Part shown: in pieces, positions 49,583-56,671 of the stretch
Layout of the letters: the number at the start of each line of letters is the position of its first letter
How positions within the stretch are numbered: position 1 is the first letter of the stretch
Source: Candidatus Daviesbacteria bacterium
Lineage (GTDB): Bacteria; Patescibacteriota; Microgenomatia; Daviesbacterales; UBA10151
Length of the DNA stretch: 64,000 bases
Assembly (NCBI GenBank): GCA_028715175.1
Contig: JAQUSJ010000001.1
Coordinates: forward strand, 340,550-404,549
Reading direction: 5' to 3'
Position numbers and translations under genes: made by a program
Notes under the pieces: generated by a model
The model's database searches: none
What the model was told of the DNA's origin: nothing
What the model saw: the letters and a program-made list of their open reading frames with translations, nothing else

Positions 49583-52500
49583 TTGAGAATGAAGAAATCA
49601 ATTATTATCCCTCTGTTGTTCTTCCTGTTTTTGAGTGCAATATTAATATTTTGTTGGTTTAGGTTTGGACTGATGTATGGTGGGGGAGACACCGGTTTAC
49701 CTACATACAATCCTCTTTTTACAGCCACCAAGATTGCCAGTAATATCTGGTGGGACTCGTTGGCTCCGGGCATTCCGGTGGCTCAGGGATTAACCTCGGT
49801 TCCGATGCTTTTTCTCTTATCTATCCCCCAGGTATTGGGAGCAAGTCCTGTTGTTATCCAGGCATTGCTGTTTTTTGTGCTTCTTTTTTTGATGGGTTAT
49901 GGTATGCACCTTCTGGCTTTGAGTATTTTTGGGAAGCCTAATTATCTTTTAGCTATTTCAGCTGGAGTGTTCTATTTATTTAATCCTTATATGATGATTC
50001 AGATTTGGCACCGTTTTATTCACAATTCTATGTTTTTTGTGGCTTTTTTGCCTTTTTTGATAATGACTTGGCTATGGTGGATTAGAAAACGTAGTCCTGT
50101 ATGTCTATTATTATTCCTTCTGGTGAATTTTTTAGCTGTTTATGTATATGGAACGATTGCCTTTATAGTTCCTGTTTGGACACTGCTTTTTTTCTTAACT
50201 TTACTGGAAGGAGTGGTGCCCTGGAAAGGAAGGAAGAATGCCTTAAGGTTGCTTCTGGCTTTTTTAATTGGTTGTTTTTTTTGGCTGTTAACCAATAGTT
50301 GGTGGCTTATACCTACTTTTAGTGTAAGCCCAGCTCTATTTGCTTCAGTGCATACTACAGATGGCAGTTTAAATACTTTAATGTCGCTAAGTAATTCATC
50401 CATATTGCCTTACACCCTAAGACTTGTTAATCCTTTTTATCTTTACTGGCTTGCTGATTGGGGGAGCATCTATCAAAATCCAATTTTCCTGATCATATCT
50501 TGGTTGTTTGTACCGGTAGTATTTATTGGTTTTATCAGGGGTTTAAAACAGACACAATATGTGGTATGGAGTCTGCTTCTCTTGGTAGTAATTTATCTTT
50601 CCAAAGGAGCAGCTCCGCCCTTTAATTTTCCCTACATATGGGGATTCTCCCATTTTTTCCCCTTAGGAGTTATCAGGAATCCTTTTGAAAAGCTGGGAAT
50701 TATACTACCTCTTGTTTATGCAATTTTATTCTCCGTAGGGTTGCAATATTTGCTTATCACTTCAATCAAATTTATTGGTAAATCCAAAACCTATTTCCTT
50801 TTGATAATTTTTATTTGCCTCCATATGGCTTTTTTCTGGCCTATGTTTGCAGGGAAGTTATTTGGTACTATGGAGAAACAGAATTTTGTGGAAGTCCCCC
50901 CAAGTTATACGGAAGCCAATAATTGGATTAAACAGGACCTTTCAGGTACAGCGGAAGGTAGAATTTTACATTTACCACTCCCTAGGTCAGAAAGCGTTAC
51001 TTACAACTGGGGGTATGGCTACAACGGAGTAGAACCATCTGCCGCTATATTTACCGCACTGCCTTCCATAGCCAGGGGACTGGATATTCCCGGGGTCAAT
51101 GATGCTCTATCAGGACTTTCCCTTATATTTCATAAACCATATGCTGAAAATAATCAGTTTGTTATTTTAAAGATGCTGCAGGATTTTAATGTTAAATACA
51201 TTATTTTACATAAGGATATTGATTGGAAGAAAATGGTACTGGAGGATCCTGAGCAGGAACAAATGATTTTAGATGCTCTTTCTTATCTGGAGAAAAAAAG
51301 CATGTATGATAATTTGATTATTTATGAAGTTGTACCCGAACATTTCCAATCTAAAATTATTATTTCCGGTAATTTTGAATTAGCTTCATTAAATTCAAAT
51401 AGCACTATTTTTTGGCCCTGGATAATAGCAGATGTAAATAAAGATATGGTTACTGCTATAGATCAAAAGTCACAAACTCAGATTTTAGATAAAACCAAAG
51501 GTAAGATAATCTTTCCTACCCAAAGCTCTTTTTTCCGTCAAGAAAATCCTTTTTCAGGCATTAAGCATGTTACTCGATTTAATATCCCTGCCTCCGGTAC
51601 ATACGAGCTGGTATTAACCAATGCCTCAACCGGTGGTGCTTATCTAAATGGGTTTAATAAATTAGACGTGTTAATTGATGAGATGCAGAATTCTTTAACA
51701 GGGATTATTAAAGGTCAGTTGGTTTCATTTGGCAGCCTTAATCTTAATGCAGGTAACCATGAAATTATTTTTCTACCTCTGGAATCAATTAACTTATTCC
51801 CAAGTTTTAATTTAGTTCAAGCATCTGAAAATGTTAAATTATTAGATAATTCGACAATTCAGATTAGCGCTTCAGCAAAAAGTCTGCAATTTATCGCCGG
51901 GGAGCTTTTAAAAGTATACGGCGGGGATGCCTATAACATAAGTTTTGAATATAGATTCGCAGGGGAAAAGGGATTTTATCTTTTAATGGTACAGGATACT
52001 GACTTGGATAAAATGAATCCTGCGATTGCGGAATTGAATAAGCTCGAATCGGATAAATGGCAGCAATATAATAATATTTTCAACCCTCTTAGACTAAATA
52101 CTCAAAAATCAGCATTGGAGCTTGCCTTTAATCCGGAAACAAGCCAGCTTTTGGATACCCAGTCGACTTTGCAGATACGCAATATAAAAGTAGAGAGGCT
52201 ATTTAATAATCTGATTTTCCTAAGACAGGAAAGCACAGAGCAAAATAAAATTCTTAGTGGATTTTTGGATAATTATAAAAGAATAGATGTCGGACTTTAT
52301 GAGGGGAAATTAAAGGTAACTAAGCCGGTTTTGCTTATTTTTAAAGAAACATATCACCCGGGATGGAAACTTGAATTATCGGAAAATATCTCTCAGGGAA
52401 AGAAATTTAGAGTCGAAAACCATTATTTGGGAAACTTATATGCGAATGCCTGGTATATAGATAAATCCGGAGATTACAATTTTAAAATTATTTTTGAGCC

Positions 52501-52615
52501 TCAAAGTTATGTTAACTTAGGAATATTTACTGCAATATCTTCTTTGGTTGGAATAATTTTGTTAGAAGTTTATAACCACTTTGCCAAAACCCGTTCTCTT
52601 AGGGAGGGGATGTAG
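49583..52615 (+). CDS. AftD/YfhO-like large GT-C glycosyltransferase, copy B
   Basis: About 527 aa identical to copy A, then a divergent external region with YHPGW, NLYANAW and terminal TM. Start may be ATG 49589. Confidence 0.65.
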   Translation: MRMKKSIIIPLLFFLFLSAILIFCWFRFGLMYGGGDTGLPTYNPLFTATKIASNIWWDSLAPGIPVAQGLTSVPMLFLLSIPQVLGASPVVIQALLFFVLLFLMGYGMHLLALSIFGKPNYLLAISAGVFYLFNPYMMIQIWHRFIHNSMFFVAFLPFLIMTWLWWIRKRSPVCLLLFLLVNFLAVYVYGTIAFIVPVWTLLFFLTLLEGVVPWKGRKNALRLLLAFLIGCFFWLLTNSWWLIPTFSVSPALFASVHTTDGSLNTLMSLSNSSILPYTLRLVNPFYLYWLADWGSIYQNPIFLIISWLFVPVVFIGFIRGLKQTQYVVWSLLLLVVIYLSKGAAPPFNFPYIWGFSHFFPLGVIRNPFEKLGIILPLVYAILFSVGLQYLLITSIKFIGKSKTYFLLIIFICLHMAFFWPMFAGKLFGTMEKQNFVEVPPSYTEANNWIKQDLSGTAEGRILHLPLPRSESVTYNWGYGYNGVEPSAAIFTALPSIARGLDIPGVNDALSGLSLIFHKPYAENNQFVILKMLQDFNVKYIILHKDIDWKKMVLEDPEQEQMILDALSYLEKKSMYDNLIIYEVVPEHFQSKIIISGNFELASLNSNSTIFWPWIIADVNKDMVTAIDQKSQTQILDKTKGKIIFPTQSSFFRQENPFSGIKHVTRFNIPASGTYELVLTNASTGGAYLNGFNKLDVLIDEMQNSLTGIIKGQLVSFGSLNLNAGNHEIIFLPLESINLFPSFNLVQASENVKLLDNSTIQISASAKSLQFIAGELLKVYGGDAYNISFEYRFAGEKGFYLLMVQDTDLDKMNPAIAELNKLESDKWQQYNNIFNPLRLNTQKSALELAFNPETSQLLDTQSTLQIRNIKVERLFNNLIFLRQESTEQNKILSGFLDNYKRIDVGLYEGKLKVTKPVLLIFKETYHPGWKLELSENISQGKKFRVENHYLGNLYANAWYIDKSGDYNFKIIFEPQSYVNLGIFTAISSLVGIILLEVYNHFAKTRSLREGM
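49639..51219 (+). repeat. 1,581-bp direct repeat, copy 2
   Basis: Begins AATATTAATATTTTG and ends CATAAGGATAT, as in copy 1. Confidence 0.95.
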
Positions 52616-52664
52616 ACGAAGACAGGTTACCATTTGTGTTAAGGTGATGTGAAAAACCGCTTTT

Positions 52665-52673
52665 TGCTATACT
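52665..52673 (+). promoter_or_regulatory. Extended -10 element TGCTATACT
   Basis: TGn plus TATACT, 16 nt before ATG 52690. Confidence 0.4.
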
Positions 52674-52689
52674 TAATATAGCTGTAGTT

Positions 52690-54333
52690 ATGAAATCCTT
52701 CCGGTTATTTGTTATTTATCCTTGGCTTTTCCCCGCGATCATATTTACCATCCTCGTTCTTCTGGGTGCCAACATGCATCCACTGTGGGGTGATGAGGCA
52801 GAAACAGCACTTTTTGGAAGAAACGTCTTGAAATACGCTCTCCCAAAAGGATGGGATGGAGTGAATATCATGGGAATTTATGATGCAGTGGTTTTGGATA
52901 AGGATTTGATAAATCATACCTCTCCTTGGGTACAATATTACCTGGTAGCTATCTCTTTTAAGCTTTTTGGTGAATCTTCTTTTGCTGCCCGTTTACCCTT
53001 TATCATTTTGTCTATTCTATCCATTCCTTTAATGTATATTCTAAGTTTTAAACTTACTCAAAATAAGTTTATCTCATTTCTTACAGTTTTAATCCTATCA
53101 ATATCCGTACCCTTTATCCTTTTTGCATATCAGGCCAGGTATTATTCTGTTAGCTCTTTTGCAAGTATATTACTTGTTTTAGCTACACTGCATATTTTAG
53201 AGAAAAAGCTTTGGCCAAAGTTACTTTTTGTATTTGCTTCGGTTTTGTTTTTCTATGGAAATTATGTTTCTTTTCTGGCTTTTTATATATCACTATTTTT
53301 GAGCTTTTCCATTAATCTCTTGGTAAAAAAAGAATTCTTCATAAGAATTAAAAGATTCACTTTGCTTTTTTCAGGATTGAGTATCATCATAGCGGTTCTG
53401 ACAGCGCCCTGGTTTTTTATCCTTAAACCACTTGATTCCAGAGGTGAAATTATATTTCCTTCTTTTTTTAAGGCGGTAGTTAATCTTTTCTCTTTAGGGT
53501 TTTCTATGTATAACAACAATAATACTTTACCGTTAGGTTTTGCGATTTTTGTGGTGGCTTTCTTGATAGTCAAGATCTATAAGAAAAAACCTGATCCTGC
53601 TTTAACTTTTGTAGCACTTCTTTCGTTTTTCTTCCTTTTGACCATGGTTGTTTTTTCAACGATGGCCGTAGCGGACGCAAGGTTTATAGATAATCGTTAT
53701 ACAACTCCCGTATTTTATTTTATGTTTATTCTTTCAGCGTATATTATAAATGTCTTCTGGCAATGGAAAAAAATAATAGGGCTTTTGGTGCTCATTTTAT
53801 ATGCCGCTACTAATTTCTTTACTTTTCAACCTTTGAGGAGTTTCCCGCAGGAGTACTTACATGAACTAATTTATTCTTATCTTACCCCTGATAAAGTAGT
53901 GGCAGATTATTTAAAAAAGTATGCCAAAGATGGAGATACCGCCTTTGTCAATTTAGATCGCGATCATGAACCACTAATTTTTCACCTAAAAGATAAAATT
54001 CGCTTTGTTAACAGAGTAACTCCTACCAATCAGCGGATCTTCCCCGAAAATCTCAATATCATTCCCGAATATATTTACTCTTATCTTGATGAACCCGATT
54101 GGGTTATTTTATATAGCAAGAGGGGAAATGATAGAAGTTTTTTAACCTTTGGTTACAGGGGAGTTTTTCCCTTGGGACTTGCGCAAACTGTTGATTTAAA
54201 AAATCACTACGAAGAAATAGTACTGCCAGTATATTTTTCAGATTTATCACGGCCTGAGATAGACCTTCGGTCTTTTTCAGAAATAAAACCAGAGTATAAT
54301 GATCAAGTATTTATATATAAAAAAAGATCGTAA
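52690..54333 (+). CDS. ArnT/PMT_2-like GT-C glycosyltransferase (GT39/83-like)
   Basis: LWGDEA after TM1, FGES..AARLP, QARYY, RY motif. Confidence 0.75.
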   Translation: MKSFRLFVIYPWLFPAIIFTILVLLGANMHPLWGDEAETALFGRNVLKYALPKGWDGVNIMGIYDAVVLDKDLINHTSPWVQYYLVAISFKLFGESSFAARLPFIILSILSIPLMYILSFKLTQNKFISFLTVLILSISVPFILFAYQARYYSVSSFASILLVLATLHILEKKLWPKLLFVFASVLFFYGNYVSFLAFYISLFLSFSINLLVKKEFFIRIKRFTLLFSGLSIIIAVLTAPWFFILKPLDSRGEIIFPSFFKAVVNLFSLGFSMYNNNNTLPLGFAIFVVAFLIVKIYKKKPDPALTFVALLSFFFLLTMVVFSTMAVADARFIDNRYTTPVFYFMFILSAYIINVFWQWKKIIGLLVLILYAATNFFTFQPLRSFPQEYLHELIYSYLTPDKVVADYLKKYAKDGDTAFVNLDRDHEPLIFHLKDKIRFVNRVTPTNQRIFPENLNIIPEYIYSYLDEPDWVILYSKRGNDRSFLTFGYRGVFPLGLAQTVDLKNHYEEIVLPVYFSDLSRPEIDLRSFSEIKPEYNDQVFIYKKRS

Positions 54334-54383
54334 TTTTAAGCTTGGAATTGACCCTTGTGTGTAATAATTAGTACACTGAAGCT

Positions 54384-55955
54384 ATAAATATTATCAAAAG
54401 TTATAAGTTATTAATAATAGTCCTATTTGTTGCTGCTATATTACGACTTTGGAATTTAGGAGGTATACCTCCCCATTTGAGAAACGATGAAGCATCTTTT
54501 GGATATGATGCATATTCAATCTTAAGTACCGGAAGAGATCAACACGGTGAATTTTTACCAATTCTTTTTAAATCATTCGGTGACTTCAAACCTGGTTTTT
54601 ATATTTATTTGACAGTACCTTTTGTAGCTATGCTGGGATTGAATGAATGGGCAATCAGGTTGCCTGCTGCAATATCAGGAATACTAGGTGTTTATCTCTT
54701 GTATCTAGTAGTGTGGAATTTATTCAAAAATCAGAAAATTGCTTTAGCCTCTGCTTTTTCCTTATCAATCTCTCCTTGGCATATAGCTTTTTCCAGAGGT
54801 GCCTGGGAAGCTCAAGTGACTGTAACCTTAGTTTTAGCCGGGCTATTATTTTTTATAAAAGCTTTAAATCAAAATAACAAGTATCTAGTATTCTCAACTG
54901 GATTTTTTGGGGTAAGTCTTCTAATGTCTCACGGAGCAAAACCAGCAATTCCACTTTTACTGTTGTCATTTCTACCGGTTTACTGGAAAAAGATTATAAA
55001 AATCCCCTTTAGAATAGTATTACTTAGTAGTTTTTTGTTCATTATGTTGTCTTTACCCATTATTTTTTCCTTTTTTAATGGTAAAAGCACTCGTGTGGCT
55101 TTCTTATTGTTTACGAATAAATATCAAAATGCAAAGGTTGAAACGATAGCTCGTGATTTTTTAAATAATTGGTCTAATCACTATAGTTTGCCAATTTTAT
55201 TTATTAAAGGAGATGGTAATCCTCAACATTCTGCTGCCGACTTTGGTGCGTTTATTACTTTAGATATTGTATTTCTATTTTTAGGTTTAAAAACTCTTGT
55301 CAATTTTAAAGATGTAAAAGGAGAAGCTAAAGTTTTCATACTTATCCTGTTGATTTTAGCTCCCTTATCATCAACACTTACTTCAGAAGGCGTTAATTTT
55401 GAGCGTTACTTAATGTTTTTCATACTCATAAATATTATCCTTGGTCTAGGAATAAGCAATTTTAAAAGGAATCTGTTTTGGGGAATATTTTTGTTACTTT
55501 ACCTTTTCTCTTTTTTACTTTTTCTTGATGCTTACTTTATTCATACTTCTGCAAAAAACGGCGCTTGGCAAACTGGTTATAAAGAGATTGTTCAATTCAT
55601 CACACCAATACAAGAAAATTTTCAAAAAATATATATACCTCAAGGAGGTGACCAGCCTTATATTTTTTTCCTGTTGTATCAAAGGTATTCTCCTGAAAAG
55701 TTTCAAGCTTTTTCAGCTTCTGTGAATATTCCCAATGGTTCAGGTACAGGGATGGATTATATTTCTAAATTAGATAATATTGAATTTGTCGACCTTAATA
55801 AGTTCAATCCACCCTTAAATCAATCGTTTCTTATCGTATTGCCTGTAAATAATACTTACAAATTTGAAGGTTTTCTAAAATCTATACATGGAGTCAAAGA
55901 CCCGATTGGATTTCCAATATATAAGATTGATGAGTATGTTCCTAAAAGACTATGA
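54384..55955 (+). CDS. ArnT/PMT_2-like GT-C glycosyltransferase (start uncertain: ATA 54384 or TTG 54477)
   Basis: LRLWNL..PP...NDEASFGYDAYSI..TGRD.HG, FGDFKP, RLP, SPWH..FSR..WEA. TM1 is encoded upstream of the first canonical start. Confidence 0.75.
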   Translation: MNIIKSYKLLIIVLFVAAILRLWNLGGIPPHLRNDEASFGYDAYSILSTGRDQHGEFLPILFKSFGDFKPGFYIYLTVPFVAMLGLNEWAIRLPAAISGILGVYLLYLVVWNLFKNQKIALASAFSLSISPWHIAFSRGAWEAQVTVTLVLAGLLFFIKALNQNNKYLVFSTGFFGVSLLMSHGAKPAIPLLLLSFLPVYWKKIIKIPFRIVLLSSFLFIMLSLPIIFSFFNGKSTRVAFLLFTNKYQNAKVETIARDFLNNWSNHYSLPILFIKGDGNPQHSAADFGAFITLDIVFLFLGLKTLVNFKDVKGEAKVFILILLILAPLSSTLTSEGVNFERYLMFFILINIILGLGISNFKRNLFWGIFLLLYLFSFLLFLDAYFIHTSAKNGAWQTGYKEIVQFITPIQENFQKIYIPQGGDQPYIFFLLYQRYSPEKFQAFSASVNIPNGSGTGMDYISKLDNIEFVDLNKFNPPLNQSFLIVLPVNNTYKFEGFLKSIHGVKDPIGFPIYKIDEYVPKRL

Positions 55956-56446
55956 AAAAAGTTTTCATCTATATCATTTTAATTTTTACCATTTTATGGC
56001 TGATTCTATTTTTATTTGCTTATAAGCGAAGCTTGAACGAAAACTATCAATTTAGTGCCGATACTATATGGAAGATAGAACAACAAAGAAGAGAGCACAC
56101 CTACCTATTCCCATTTGTTGCAAAATTTATTCATAATAAAGGCTTCTATTTTAGTTATACGGTTTTTGAAAACTATTTATCTTATTATTCTCCATCAATC
56201 TTTTTCTGCTGCAATCAACCTCTAGTGCTAGAGTTAGTAATTTTACTAATGTTCTATGGGGGAGCTTTTATACTTCTGCGGGAAGTTTCAAAACTAGTCA
56301 AGGCAATTCTATTTTGGATTTTAGCGTATCCTATTTTTCTTTCTTTGATGTTATGGCCACCGTCGCTTGTGTTAGCGCTTCCGATTATTATTCCTGCATC
56401 AGGAATTTTGGTATACAGCCTGTATAAAGAAATAAAGTTCAAATAA
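55952..56446 (+). CDS. Small membrane protein resembling an internal segment of CPR ArnT-like proteins
   Basis: TM, then IEQQRREH..AKFIHNK..FENYLSYYSP, then 3 TM; ATGA-coupled to the upstream gene. Confidence 0.6.
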   Translation: MKKVFIYIILIFTILWLILFLFAYKRSLNENYQFSADTIWKIEQQRREHTYLFPFVAKFIHNKGFYFSYTVFENYLSYYSPSIFFCCNQPLVLELVILLMFYGGAFILLREVSKLVKAILFWILAYPIFLSLMLWPPSLVLALPIIIPASGILVYSLYKEIKFK

Positions 56447-56497
56447 ACCCTACAACATATACTAAACTGTATATCAAAATGTAATATAATCTCTTAG

Positions 56498-56671
56498 ATG
56501 AAACTTTTAAGCAAGCACATTTTTTTAATAGGATTATTTTTTGTTTTATTAAGCGGTCTATTCATTCTTTTAAATCACTCGGGATTTGCATTAAGATTTT
56601 TAGGTTTTTCATTTTGGATTATGGCAGGAGGGACGTTACTCTATATACTAGAGTTAAAAAATGAAAGGTAA
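56498..56671 (+). CDS. Unannotated 57-aa two-TM membrane protein
   Basis: MKLLSKHIFLIGLFFVLLSGLFILLNHSGFALRFLGFSFWIMAGGTLLYILELKNER; TATAAT 7 nt upstream; overlaps the start of 56661. Confidence 0.75.
   Translation: MKLLSKHIFLIGLFFVLLSGLFILLNHSGFALRFLGFSFWIMAGGTLLYILELKNER

Noticed and set aside
45755-51219. Long repeat as a DGR template/variable pair or an IS element
   Set aside because: No adenine-specific mismatches were seen, no reverse transcriptase or transposase is present, there are no terminal inverted repeats, and the repeat is ordinary membrane-protein coding sequence.
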